From assembly GCA_963772725.1 (NCBI GenBank), contig CAVYYI010000001.1:1-64000 (forward strand): 64,000 nucleotides of DNA, in the 5' to 3' direction. Made by a program: the position numbers and the translations under genes. This document shows, in pieces, positions 22,762 to 34,479 of this stretch. The notes under the pieces are model-generated. The model saw only the letters and a list, made by a program, of their open reading frames with translations, searched no databases and was not told the origin of the DNA. Position 1 is the first letter of the stretch, and each line of letters begins with the position of its first letter. Source of the stretch: an uncultured Phycisphaerales bacterium (GTDB taxonomy: Bacteria > Planctomycetota > Phycisphaerae > Sedimentisphaerales > Anaerobacaceae).

Positions 22762-24273
22762 GTAATGGGTCAGTTATGGGTGGGCAGGTGCAGGTTATGA
22801 TGAGTCGGCACGGAAGAGAACTTTGGAAAGGTCTATATCAGGCTGTTCGGCAAGTTTGTCGAGTGCAGACTTGAAGGCATCAACAACATCCGGACATCTT
22901 TTTCGCATAGTATGTAATACCGTCATAAGAATCTCACGCGTTTTTGCCCCATCTTCAGATTGAGAGCCGAAACTTATCTTTCTGGCAATAACAAGCGGAC
23001 GCAGTTCCCGTTCAGCCAAATTGTTATCTGCCGGTACCTTACGGTCATCGGCCCAGTGGTAAAGCCTATCGGCCTTTTCACGAAAAATATCCTGCATATT
23101 CTGGATGGCCGGATGGTTGGCATGGTGATTAACAATATCGATGATGGCTCTCTTAATTTTAGCTGCCTGCCGCTTAAACTGTCGGTCTGTTATATCTAAT
23201 GTGCGAAGGCTGATTGCATTAGCCAACTGGGAGACCAACGCTTCAACGAAAGACCTGATTTCCATGTTTTCGGGAAAATCTTTTTCCAAATCCTTAACAT
23301 TACGCAATAGATGTGCATAACAATATTGAATCTTACAAGGCATCCTATTGTAGCCGTTATAGCGATCCACAACCAGAACACCCGGCAAGGGCTTTTCGCC
23401 AAAAACCTCTTTGGCTACACGGGCAGAACGGCTGGAGCGGAATCGAAAGATACTAATATCAGGCGTGCAAAACAGCCACGAGAAACCGTTCTGGCCGTCT
23501 GTCCGCCAACCAGTCTCATCAGCGTGCTTAACAGCGGCCTTGCGATAGTCTTCTATGAGTGATTTGGGAACATCTTTCAATATCCCTGCCAACTGGTGCA
23601 AAGCGTCAACTATACTGCTGTAGCCGATGCCTGTTTGTTTTTCTATCTGACCCAGTGTATTGCCATAGATATAGTGCTGTACTGCCACATAGACAAGCAG
23701 ATTATTCGAATATAAACACTTTGGCAGAACACCAGGAGGTTTGGCGGCAACTACCTTTTGGCATCGCGGACAATACTTGCGTTCCAAATTATACAGAAGC
23801 TTTTTTATCTTAACAGGCTGGCAATCAATTACCGCTCGTTGTCTTGTGCCTTTGTTCTCCAAAACGCTTCCGCAATCAGGGCATATATCGGCTGCCTCAA
23901 CCCTTTGCACATAGTCCGCATCTTTTTCACAGACACCTGTTCTGCCTCCGCCGCAATTATTTGTGTGTTCTATCTGACAATTCGGCTTAATGGGAATTTT
24001 AGCGGATGGCGTGGATGAGCCGAAAAAACCTTCTTTGGCTGTCCTTTCCTTGTGTCGTAATTTTGCCTTGAGTGAAACTATCTGTTCCTGAAGCTCATCG
24101 ATTTTACGTTGTTTTTCAAGGCATTGCTGACAGTAAATCATCTGCGTTTATTTCCGATTTGTTTGTCTTATCTCATCAAACTGTGGATTTTATCGGAAAT
24201 CCTACGCCATAAACTTGAGGACCTTAATACTTACAGCAAAATCAATATCTCCCACCCATAACTGACCCATTAC
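22762..24273 (-). mobile_element. IS66-family element (single-ORF, ISBst12-like)
   Basis: Perfect 23-bp TIR GTAATGGGTCAGTTATGGGTGGG at both ends; 8-bp TSD AAAAAGTA at 22754-22761 and 24274-24281. Confidence 0.95.
22795..24141 (-). CDS. IS66 transposase
   Basis: CPDCG/CPRC Zn finger, HADETGW, VVDRY..Y, QYCYAHLLR, DNNLAERELRP. Confidence 0.93.
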   Translation of the reverse strand: MIYCQQCLEKQRKIDELQEQIVSLKAKLRHKERTAKEGFFGSSTPSAKIPIKPNCQIEHTNNCGGGRTGVCEKDADYVQRVEAADICPDCGSVLENKGTRQRAVIDCQPVKIKKLLYNLERKYCPRCQKVVAAKPPGVLPKCLYSNNLLVYVAVQHYIYGNTLGQIEKQTGIGYSSIVDALHQLAGILKDVPKSLIEDYRKAAVKHADETGWRTDGQNGFSWLFCTPDISIFRFRSSRSARVAKEVFGEKPLPGVLVVDRYNGYNRMPCKIQYCYAHLLRNVKDLEKDFPENMEIRSFVEALVSQLANAISLRTLDITDRQFKRQAAKIKRAIIDIVNHHANHPAIQNMQDIFREKADRLYHWADDRKVPADNNLAERELRPLVIARKISFGSQSEDGAKTREILMTVLHTMRKRCPDVVDAFKSALDKLAEQPDIDLSKVLFRADSS

Positions 24274-24371
24274 AAAAAGTACGAATGCTGCGTCTGTTAT
24301 CTTCTTGACAATGAATTGAAAGGTCTCTATTATTCCGGCTGATTTGATATTTAGAGAGGAACATTTAAGTT

Positions 24372-27300
24372 ATGTCAGGTAAAGGATTTACGCATCTTCA
24401 TCTTCACAGTCAGTATTCGCTTCTCGATGGGGCTATAACGTTTGAAAAACTGTTTAAACGCTGTAAGCAGCTTGAGATGGATTCGGTGGCGGTTACGGAC
24501 CATGGCAATATGTTCGGGGCTGTGGAATTTTATACCAAGGCAAAGGCGGAAAATATTAAGCCGATCCTTGGCATTGAGGCGTATATTGCGCCTGGCAGCA
24601 GATTTGAAAAACAGAAAGTAACTATCAGCGACGCATCATACCATCTTGTGCTTTTGGCTCAGAACAACAGCGGTTATAAGAACCTGTTGAAGCTTTCAAG
24701 TGCCGGATTTCTGGAAGGATTTTACTATCGGCCTCGAATTGATAAGGAAATTTTAGCTGAACTTAACGAGGGTGTTATCTGCACGACGGCGTGTATTAAG
24801 GGTGAGATTCCGACGATGTTGCGTAACGGGGATGAAAAAGGCGCCAGGGCGGTCGCGGAAAATTATCTGAAAATATTCGGCACGGAGAGATTTTTTATCG
24901 AGATTCAGCAGCATGAAAATGATGACGCCAATGTGCTGCCTGCACTGATAGAATTGGCGAAAAAAATGGGAATCGGGCTTGTGGCTACAAACGATGTGCA
25001 TTTTCTGGAAGAAGACGATTATGAGGCGCACAATTGTCTGTGCTGTATCAGTACGGGCAAAATAGCGAATGACCCGGCGAGGATGATATATCCGAAGGAC
25101 ATATTTTTAAAAAGTTCTGAACAGATGCGGGGGCTTTTCGCGGATGTCGCGGAGGCATGTGATAACACCGTGGCGATAGCGGAGAGATGCAATGTTGAAT
25201 TAGACCTCAAAACGCGACACGCGCCGAGTTTTACTCCGCCTGATGGTTCGACGCCTGAGAAATTTCTCACGAAATTATGTTATGAAAAGGCCAAAGAACG
25301 ATACGGTAAAATTACGGAGATAATAAAACAGAGGCTTGACAGGGAGCTTGATGTTATCGAATCGAAGGGCTTTTCAAGTTATTTTCTAATCAACTGGGAT
25401 TTCTGCAAGTATGCGCACCAAAACAATATTCCGGTCGGCGCCAGGGGCAGCGGCGTCGGAACAATAGTGGGTTATTGTCTGGGGCTGTGCGATGTTGACC
25501 CGATAAAATACGACTTGCTTTTCGAGCGGTTTATGGACCCGCAGCGAAACGAGATGCCCGATATAGATATCGACATCTGCCAGACAAATCGTCCGAAGAT
25601 AATCGAATACGTGCGGCAAAAATACGGACATGTTGCGCAGATCATAACCTTTGGAACAATGAAAGCCCGTGCGGTGATACGGGACGTGTGCAGGGTAATA
25701 AATGTGCCGCTTGGCGAGGCGGACAGGCTGGCGAAACTCATTCCCGAGACTCTCGATGTAACATTGGATAAGGCGATGGAAACCGAACCGGAACTGAAGA
25801 AGGCTTATGAAGAAAACGCAGCAGACCAGGGAAGTCATCGATATCTGCAAAAGACTCGAAGGCCTGGCCCGGCACGCTTCGGTTCACGCCGCCGGGGTAG
25901 TTATCGCCGATGAGCCGCTGACGAATTTCGTGCCCTTATATAAGGCGCCGGATTCAGACGATATTGTAACGCAGTTTGAAGGGCCGATGGTTGAGAAGGT
26001 CGGGCTGCTGAAAATGGACTTTCTCGGTCTAAAGACGCTGAGCGGTACTTGAACGGGCCAGGCAGTTGGTCAAAGAGAATCACGGCAAAGATATCGACCT
26101 TGAAAAGATAGATATTACCGACCAGAAGGTTTTTAAGCTGTTCGCGAAGGGGCGGACAAAGGGCGTATTCCAGTTCGAATCCGGCGGTATGCAGGATATG
26201 CTGATGAAGATGAAGCCTGACAGGCTGGAAGACCTCATCGCGGCGAACGCTCTTTATCGTCCCGGCCCGATGACTTTGATTCCCGATTATATCGACCGCA
26301 AACACGGCGAAAAATGGCAGGTGCCGCATCCGATTATGACCGAAGTACTTCGAAGAGACTTACGGCATAATGGTTTACCAGGAACAGGTGATGCGAATCG
26401 GCAACCAACTGGGCGATATCCCGCTTCGCGAGGCATATACACTGATTAAGGCGATCAGCAAAAAGAAGCTTAAGGACATAGCCAAAGCCAAAGAGAAATT
26501 TCTGAAAGGCTGCGGAGAAAAAGGCTTGAAAGCAAACCAGGCGGAGGAAATATTCGAACTGATCGAGAGATTTGCCGGCTACGGTTTTAATAAAAGCCAT
26601 TCGACGCGTTACGCTTTTATTGCGTATCAGACGGCGTATCTGAAGACATATTGGCCGGTGGAATTTATGGCGGCGCTGCTTACATACGAAATGGGCAACA
26701 CCGAGAAGGTCGTTGATTATATCGGCGAATGCAAAGAGATGGGCATCGAAGTTTTGGCGCCGGATATCAACGAAAGCCTTGTTGATTTTACACCGCTGTA
26801 TAAAAGACACGAGGAAAGTCAAAAGGGTGTAATTCGGTTCGGTCTTGCCGCCGTCAAAGGCGTTGGTGAGAGGGCCGTCGAGCAGATTATCGTATCGCGT
26901 CAGAAAGCAGGTCAATTCAAAAGCCTTTTCCAGTTCTGTGAGAATGTCGATCTGCGTGCGGTAAATAAGCAGGTCATGGAATCGCTGATAAAAGCCGGCG
27001 CATTCGACAAGCTCGGCGGCAACCGCGCGCAGATGGTCGCTGGTATGGAAAACGCGATGCAGAACGGGTGCAAATCCAGTCAGACAAACTAAAAGGCCAG
27101 ATGAACTTTTTCGGTCAAATAGCTGACCAGAACGATTATTCGGAAGATTCGCAGAGGCTGCCGGATGTTGCTCCGTGGCCGGAATCGCTGATGCTCGCAA
27201 ATGAGAAGCAGGTTCTGGGTTTCTATGTTACGAGCAATCCGCTGAGTCATTGCGCGGAAATGATAAATATTTATTCGAGTGTCAATACGGCGCAACTGGC

Positions 27301-27823
27301 GCAATGTGCGCAGGACAGAGAGGTTGTTATCGGGGGGCTAATCGCTAAAATCAGGTACCACATGACGAAAAACGGGCGTAACGCCGGTCAGAAGATGGCG
27401 GTTTTTGTTCTCGAAGATTTGCAGGGTCAGGCAGAGGTGGTTCTTTTTCCGGGGCTGAATAAATTTTCCGAGTTTCTTATCGAGGACAAGGTAGTTTTTG
27501 TAAAAGGCAAGGTTGATTGCCGGCGGGAAAAGCCGAATATCCTTGTCGATGAGTTTATACCCATGGAAAAAGTGACGGAAAAACTTGCGGCGAGAGTCAA
27601 ATTAAGACTCGCCGCTGAGGAAATTACCAAAGAAAAAGTTGAAATGATAAAAAGTATCTGCCAGTCGCATCGGGGCAGAAGCGCGGTTTGCATCTCGATA
27701 AAAACGGACAGGGGGAATGTAAACGCTACCGTGGACAAGAGCCTGTCAGTCAATCCTGATGTCGAATTTTGCCGAACAATGAAGCAGCTCGTCGGAGAAG
27801 AAAATTTTCAGTTATCGCGATAG
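24372..27823 (+). CDS. dnaE: DNA polymerase III alpha subunit; about 4 frameshifts (near 25820, 26042, 26350, 27065)
   Basis: FTHLHLHSQYSLLDGA, RGSGVG, MPDIDID, HAAGVVI, KMDFLGL, FAGYGFNKSHS and an OB fold across five consecutive ORF fragments. Confidence 0.95.
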
Positions 27824-27862
27824 TCCGATTAATCGAATAAATTATTATTGAGTGCGTTAAAA

Positions 27863-29330
27863 TCAGTATTTTTTTCTGAATCTCGTGGCGGGAATATTTA
27901 ATAGTTTTCGATATTTGGCGATGGTTCTGCGAGCGAGGTTATTAATGCCCGCTTCGGCGAGTTTTTTGAGGATTTTATCGTCGCTTAAGGGTTTAGTCTT
28001 ATCCTCAGAGTCGATAATCTGCTGGAGTTTGACGCGTATGGATTCCCAGCTTATTTCTGTGCCGCTGTCGTCTTCTGTGCCCCCGCTGAAAAATTTTCTA
28101 AGCGGCATAATCCCCCATGAACACTGAACATATTTTCCGGCTACCGCCCTTGAAACGGTGGCGACATGTACGCCGACTTCCTGCGCGATTTTAGACATCG
28201 GCAGCGGCTTTAGATATAACTGTCCCTTTTCAAAAAACTCGAGTTGATTTCTAACAACTGATTTTGTAACTTTGAGCAGTGTGTTTCGGCGTTGCTCTAT
28301 CGCGATGATTATCCATTGTGCCGAGCGAATGTTGTTCTGGAGAAATTTTTTTGTATTATCATTTGCAGCGACGTCCTGTGACATTTTCAGGTAGTTTTCA
28401 TTAATTCGCAGGCCGCTGAAATTAGAATCAGCCAGACGCACCGAAAATTCCGATGGGTCTTGTCCGGCCTCGACAATGACATCCGCAATTACGGGATGAT
28501 TTCGTTCCGGGCCTATCTGCAGGCCGGGGGAGGTATCCAACTTACTAAGCCGGCTAATCGCATGATTTATTGCATCGAGACTGCAATTCATCTTTTTCGC
28601 GATATAGGGCAATCGATTTTCAAGCAGTGCGCCGAAATGCTCGGCTATGAGACGGCGTTCAAAAGTCATATCATCGCCGCTTTGCTCAATCTGTATGAGA
28701 AGGCACTCTTTCAAATCGCGGGCGCCGGTGCCGGCAGGCTCGAGTTTTTGGACAAGTTTCAAAGCTTCTTCGAGGTCGGACATTGTGAAATCTTTTTTGT
28801 CTTTATTGTGGAGTTGTTCGAGGCGAACAGTCATGTAACCTTTGTCGTTGATATAATCGATTATCGTACTGCCGGCGTTTTTCACCGCTTGGCTTGCGTC
28901 AACCATATCCCATTGTTCCGTCAAGTATTCGTTAAGCGACTGGGACGGTGCAACTGTATTTTTTATGGCTTCAAATTTCGCATCGGACTCATCGCTTGCG
29001 GCGCGGCGTCTGTAACTTTCAGTTTGGCCTAAATAATCTTTGTAATCGTCGTCAAGTTTTTCAATTCGCCCAAAATCTTCGGCTTCATCCCTGCTGTCTT
29101 TCGTTTCCGATTTGCTTTTGCCTCTTTCCTGTGTTATTTGCGGCTCGCCGGTGAGATCGCGTTCGGATGGCTCATCTAATTCCAAAACGGGGTTGCTGTT
29201 AAGTTCCTGCTCGATTTTTTCCTGGAGGCGCGAGAATGGGGAGCTGTAAAATCTCCATCGACTGAATCATCTGCGGAGCGAGTTTCATTTTCTGCTCCAT
29301 CCGCATTTGTCCACTCATTTCGAGCTTCAT
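27863..29330 (-). CDS. rpoN: RNA polymerase sigma-54; frameshift near 29230
   Basis: N-terminal [17 protein letters not shown] from ATG 29330; [18 protein letters not shown], RpoN box ARRTIAKYR. Confidence 0.95.
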
Positions 29331-29474
29331 AATCGCAGTCAGCTTTCCTTTTTGTTAAAACGGCGTAAAAGTTAAGTTCATGATAACTTTGCCTTGAAGA
29401 AATTATACCATTTTTTTGTGAATTTTACAACACTTGATGATATATTCCGAGGCTTTTTGAACCGGCGGTGAAAA

Positions 29475-30080
29475 CTAATCCAACTCCCGTCTGCCGATTA
29501 TTGCGTCGGTAAGAATTTTACCGCTGGCATATTCGATAGTGCTGCCTGCCGGCAGGCCACGGGCGAGCCTTGTGATTTTTACCCCGAAAGGTCTAAGCAG
29601 TGAGCTGATATAGAGGGAAGTTCCGTCGCCGGCCATATTGGGATTTGTAGCCATTATGACTTCCTTAACGCTGCCGCCGCGAATACGCTCAACAAGCTTA
29701 TCGATGGTCAAATCATTTGGCTCAATTCCTTCGAGTGGGGCGATGTGGCCGCCGAGAACGTGATAAACCCATTTGCAGGCGCCGGTTTTTTCGAGAGATA
29801 TGATGTCTTTGGGCTGTTCGACGATGCAAATCAGCGACTTATCCCGCCTCGGGTCGCCGCATATTTCGCAAACTGCCTGCTCCGAAAGATTATAGCACTG
29901 TTGGCAGTGCCTGATTTTGGTCTTTACATCGTTAATGGCCTTAGACAGAGCCAATGCCTCAGCAGGTTCAGCTTTTAATATATAAAAAGCGAGGCGTTCC
30001 GCGGTTTTGGGACCGACACCGGGGAGTCTGCCGAATTCCTCTATTAGTTTGTTCAGACTTTCAGTATAAATATTGCTCAT
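29475..30080 (-). CDS. recR: Recombination mediator RecR
   Basis: LPGVGPKTAERLA, C4 Zn finger, YHVLGG, TRLARGLPAG. Confidence 0.97.
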   Translation of the reverse strand: MSNIYTESLNKLIEEFGRLPGVGPKTAERLAFYILKAEPAEALALSKAINDVKTKIRHCQQCYNLSEQAVCEICGDPRRDKSLICIVEQPKDIISLEKTGACKWVYHVLGGHIAPLEGIEPNDLTIDKLVERIRGGSVKEVIMATNPNMAGDGTSLYISSLLRPFGVKITRLARGLPAGSTIEYASGKILTDAIIGRRELD

Positions 30081-30098
30081 AATAATTTATAAAATCCG

Positions 30099-31751
30099 CT
30101 AAGATTTATTTGTTTCCTCGATTCCGGTTATTGTGCGCACGAGGCCGATGAGGACGGTTTTTACAGCGGAGTCATTGACTATATCGTATTTGTTCTGACC
30201 GTTCGTTTTAACGGGGTTAGGATTGCCTGCTGAGTCGTTTTTTTTATCAGATGTCATCTCGAATTTGATTTTTTTCAGTTTGCCGGCACAAAACTCGCTA
30301 ATTAATGTTTGTATTGATTCAGCCCTTTCGCCGCTTTCGCACATTTTTTTCGCATGTTCGCCGGAGGCCGGGAAAATCAGGGTCAAGGTTCCCTGCTCGA
30401 ATCGTTCCGGCAGGGCGGAGCTTAATAGAGCGTTCGTGCTTTTGCCGAGCCTGGCAGAGATGGCCTGGAGTATATTTTGCCAATTTTTTTTGATTGATTC
30501 GATGTCGTCTAAAAGGGGTAAATCGGCCTGTTTTTCCGGTGCGTTTTTTTTAATATTTGCTGCCGGTGCGGTTATAGCAGGGCAGTCAGATTTTTTTTTA
30601 GGGTAGCTTGGGGATTGGCCTGCATCTGAGAAAGAACCATGCTGGCATCGAGGAAGTGTTCGCTTAACGCGAACCTTAAAAGAGACGCCTCGAGCAATGC
30701 CCTTGCGGTATCACTATTCTTGATCGTCCATCGTAATTTTTCAAGAGCGGTGATACTGTAAATCAGACTGGGAGCGTCGAATTTTTCGGCTAATTGCTCA
30801 ATCCGTTTTCGTTGCTCGTCGCTCATTATTAAAAGTTCGCTTTTCCCACCGGCGGCTTTAGCGACCATTAAATCGCGCATACAATCCGTGAGCGCATCGG
30901 CAATCTGCACCTCATTTAGTCCGGAGTTAATCAAATCGTCTCGCTGCCGCGAGTGTTCCGGCCCCATCGCTGTCACCGATTTTATTGACGAGGTTGTAAA
31001 TCTTTTCACTGCTTGGACAGCCGAGAAACTCTTCGAGCAGTTTATCCGTCAGGGGGCTTGCACCAGTGCTTATCAGGCGGTCAAGAAGGCTCAGGGCATC
31101 TCGCATTGAGCCATTGGCCATCTTCGCCAGGGGCGGAATCAAGGTCTCTTCGTACTTTATTTTTTCGTCTTTGAGGATTTTTTTCAGTTGTTTGGCGATG
31201 ACAGCGGGGCTTATGTTGCCGAAATCAAACCGCTGGCAGCGTGATTGAATTGTCGCGATGACTTTATTAGGCTCGGTAGTTGCGAAAATAAATTTGACGT
31301 GCGATGGCGGTTCTTCGAGTATTTTCAAAAGGGCGTTAAAGGCCTCTGTGGTCAGCATGTGAACTTCGTCGATGATGTAAATTTTGTAACGCGAGCGAGC
31401 GGGGCGGTAAATGGCGTTCTGTCGCAATTCCCGTATATTTTCGATTCCGCGGTTGGAGGCGCCGTCAATCTCGATAACATCAATATCTTCGCCCGCGTTG
31501 ACCGCTGTGCAGCTTTCGCATTTACAGCAAGGCTCCGTCATCGGCGCATCGAAGGCGTGGCAGTTCAGGGCTTTTGCGAGGATTCGTGCCATCGTGGTCT
31601 TGCCGACGCCTCGTGTGCCGGTAAATAAGTAGGCGTGAGCGACCCTGTTGGTTTTTATGGCGTTTTTCAAGGTCTGCGCAATAGGCTCCTGCCCGACGAT
31701 GTCGTCGAATCCCTGCGACCTGTATTTTCTTGCGAGTACTGTATAGCTCAT
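30099..31751 (-). CDS. dnaX: DNA polymerase III gamma/tau; break near 30950 (likely error) and an A9 run at 30591-30599 (possible programmed slippage)
   Basis: LARKYRSQ, GTRGVGKTT, EIDGASN, IIDEVHML, TIQSRCQ, GSMRDALS; three fragments join. Confidence 0.94.
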
Positions 31752-31779
31752 AATAGAAGTATCATTTTACATCTGTTAG

Positions 31780-32952
31780 TTAAGTTGCGCTTTTACTAAT
31801 CACAACATTATGCTTTTGTATAATATTTTTCCATTCTTCTATATGAAAGACTTTAACATCTGAGCCTTGTTTAAATTCATCGACCAAATTTACTGTATAT
31901 TTTTCCAGGAATTCTTTCAAGTCTGGAACAAGTCTCAAGTAATATTTCAAAGACGGTATTATACCATTTGGAATTAAATCTTTATCAAAATCAATCTTAA
32001 TTTTGCGTACAATCTTGGTAATATCAGTTTTGCTGCCTTTGAAATTCGGTGTTGCTGTTGTAAGAATAAAATATCTCTTGATGGTGCTGCCTTTTATCTT
32101 ATCAAGAACGTCTAATATCATTGTTTTATCAATAGGTATTTTATGCTTTACTTCCACCATTTCAAAAGGATTATTGGCCGAATCGTAAATTTCCACATCA
32201 GCGTAGCCCATATATCTGTCGGAAATTGTATGAGATTTTAAGGGGAGCAGTTTTTTATTTTTGTACATTCTTACATTTTCGAGAAGGAGCTGATAAATGG
32301 TATATATTGCCACAACAGGTAGTCTTGATGCTCTTTCCATCGAGAAATGTTCTTCGAGCATTTCTATAATAGTATCGATGATTAAGCATTCAATATTATT
32401 GCTTAGCGTTATGCCATCCAGAATATTTTTTTCGCCGGCGGTTTTTTCAAGAAGCATGAGGATAATTGCTGTCAAATAACCTTTCGGATTTGCATTTTTT
32501 TCTTCTACGTCTTCCAGTATAGATAAAAATGCTTCCTTTATCTGTTTATTTCTTATCATGCCAGGAAAATTCCTATCAAAAGAATGTGGTTGTTCTATCG
32601 ACCTTGTCAGCCAGCCGCTTTCTTTTGGGGCGAATCTTCTGAAATGTTCTTTTAGCCATGGAGTTACAGCATTGGTATCCAAGCCGCGCCCCGAATACCC
32701 GCCGGTAAACTCTGCACGGTGCAACCTGACATCTTGTGACGGAGTTTCCATTTTCTTAAGAAGAGAAGTTATAATTACCGCTATCAATGATTTTTGTGTT
32801 TCGGCGTTTGCTGTTAATAGCTCAATATGTTTTATTTGTGCGGCAGAAAGGCTCTTTGATATGTAATTTGTGGCTTTATTCTTGGCATATTGCTTCTGTG
32901 CAAAGCCTAAAATTTTTTCCAGAACTTTTGTATAATCCTTTATACCTGTCAT
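31780..32952 (-). CDS. Putative type II restriction endonuclease (PD-(D/E)xK)
   Basis: ADVEIY...EMVEVK nuclease-like motif; ATGA overlap with the MTase stop; AT-rich. Confidence 0.68.
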   Translation of the reverse strand: MTGIKDYTKVLEKILGFAQKQYAKNKATNYISKSLSAAQIKHIELLTANAETQKSLIAVIITSLLKKMETPSQDVRLHRAEFTGGYSGRGLDTNAVTPWLKEHFRRFAPKESGWLTRSIEQPHSFDRNFPGMIRNKQIKEAFLSILEDVEEKNANPKGYLTAIILMLLEKTAGEKNILDGITLSNNIECLIIDTIIEMLEEHFSMERASRLPVVAIYTIYQLLLENVRMYKNKKLLPLKSHTISDRYMGYADVEIYDSANNPFEMVEVKHKIPIDKTMILDVLDKIKGSTIKRYFILTTATPNFKGSKTDITKIVRKIKIDFDKDLIPNGIIPSLKYYLRLVPDLKEFLEKYTVNLVDEFKQGSDVKVFHIEEWKNIIQKHNVVISKSAT

Positions 32953-33971
32953 ACAAACAGCTCCAGCATTGTCTCTTGAAAAGTCTTTGCAATTCTTCGT
33001 CTGGCATACTCGCAATATTCGGGATTGATATCTATGCCTATATACTCTCTTCCCATTTTTTTAGCGACGACAGCGGTTGTTCCTGAACCGACGAAAGGGT
33101 CAAGAACGATATTCTCTTTTTCTGTCAGCAGTTTCAGGAATTCCTGTATTACATATTCGGGATACACCGCCGGATGAATATTGCCCTTTATAGTTTCCAC
33201 CGGACTTTCGATTATATCTCTTTTTATAGAATTTCCGTGTATTTTTATTATAGTAAAACCGTCTCGCTCCAGATGTATTTTTCTCCCTCCATTCTGGCCG
33301 CCGTAAGGCTCCGCGTGGATGCCTTTAATTTTTACCCTGAAACTTTCTATCTTTCCAGTTTTTACCTCATGTATTACCTGCTCGAGGTGTTCCCTGCAGA
33401 GGTCTTTCTGTTCCTTAGATAAATCCGATTGCTCTATAAGACTAAAATATGTTTTTCCAACATTGCTGCCGTTGCCGTTGGGTTTTTTCCTTATCAAGTC
33501 AAAATGGCCTAAAAACGCATTCTTGTCGAAAAAGTAATCAGGGCTTTTTACAAAAATGAAAAAAGGTTCGCTTGAGGGTATTAATTTTTTCTTGTCCTGC
33601 TTAGGAACAGGGTTGAATTTAACCCAGGTAACTTCATTAATAAGCTTAACATTAGCTTTGGCGGTCGCTTCTATTGCAAATCGGTATGGCACGAGCAAGA
33701 GGCTGCCGTTTTCGTATTTATCGCCTATATTAAAAACAACAGAGCCTGTATTTTTTATTACCCTTACGCATTCCTTAAAAATATTCATCAGGTTGTTTAT
33801 ATACTCTTCGACGCTTGCCTCATCGCCTATTCCCTTTCCGCCATAATCCCGCTGTTGATAATATGGAGGACTTGTTAACACTAAGTCGATGGAGTCCGAA
33901 GGAAGTCCGTTCAATATTTCCCATGCGTCCCCGCATAGTATTTGATTTGTATATTCGCTTATTCTATTCAT
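32949..33971 (-). CDS. Site-specific DNA methyltransferase, beta class (N4-C likely)
   Basis: Motif IV TSPPY near the N-terminus, HPAVYP, motif I LDPFVGSGTT near the C-terminus. Confidence 0.93.
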   Translation of the reverse strand: MNRISEYTNQILCGDAWEILNGLPSDSIDLVLTSPPYYQQRDYGGKGIGDEASVEEYINNLMNIFKECVRVIKNTGSVVFNIGDKYENGSLLLVPYRFAIEATAKANVKLINEVTWVKFNPVPKQDKKKLIPSSEPFFIFVKSPDYFFDKNAFLGHFDLIRKKPNGNGSNVGKTYFSLIEQSDLSKEQKDLCREHLEQVIHEVKTGKIESFRVKIKGIHAEPYGGQNGGRKIHLERDGFTIIKIHGNSIKRDIIESPVETIKGNIHPAVYPEYVIQEFLKLLTEKENIVLDPFVGSGTTAVVAKKMGREYIGIDINPEYCEYARRRIAKTFQETMLELFV

Positions 33972-34000
33972 CTATCAATAATCGTTTATCCACTAAAAAA

Positions 34001-34100
34001 GGCGGCCGGGTTTGCCACAGCACGGTAGAACGCATGTTTATGGCTGCTCGGTTCCCCGCCTGACCAGATTGACAGGTTCCGCCTGCATGGGACCCGGCCG
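34001..34100 (-). ncRNA. ffs: SRP RNA (4.5S)
   Basis: Minus-strand long hairpin CGGCCGGG...CCCGGCCG with core TCAGGCGGGGAACCGAGCAGC, followed by T6; upstream of dnaX. Confidence 0.88.
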
Positions 34101-34243
34101 TAAATTCATTCAGTTACGGGGATAAGTATAACATCCCGGCACAAAATTTCCACCAAAAGATTTTAATTTGACAAGTTTTAGTTTAAAAGTTAATCTGCTT
34201 TTGTAAATTGTCAACGAGTTATTCATTGAGAAGGGGTATTGCC

Positions 34244-34426
34244 ATGAAAGTCGGTATAGAAGATACGTGTACGGCGTGCGGATTATGCGTAGATACCTGC
34301 CCGGAAGTCTTCAGGATGGGCAGCGACAAGGCTGAAGTTATATCGCCCAATGTGCCGCCTGAGTTCGAGGATGCCGTCCAGCAGGCCGCCGACGAGTGTC
34401 CTGTTGAAGCGATAATTGTTGAATAG
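34244..34426 (+). CDS. Single-cluster ferredoxin
   Basis: CTACGLCVDTCPEVF...ECPVEAI. Confidence 0.92.
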   Translation: MKVGIEDTCTACGLCVDTCPEVFRMGSDKAEVISPNVPPEFEDAVQQAADECPVEAIIVE

Positions 34427-34479
34427 CCGAACATAAAGTTTGTGGTTGTATAAGTTGTTTAAGTCTGCTTGCTTTTTTG

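Noticed and set aside
24372..27823. Split or intein-containing dnaE, or a true pseudogene
   Set aside because: Fragments join by single-base shifts into a normal-length gene with no intein motifs; the gene is essential and similar indels occur throughout the window.
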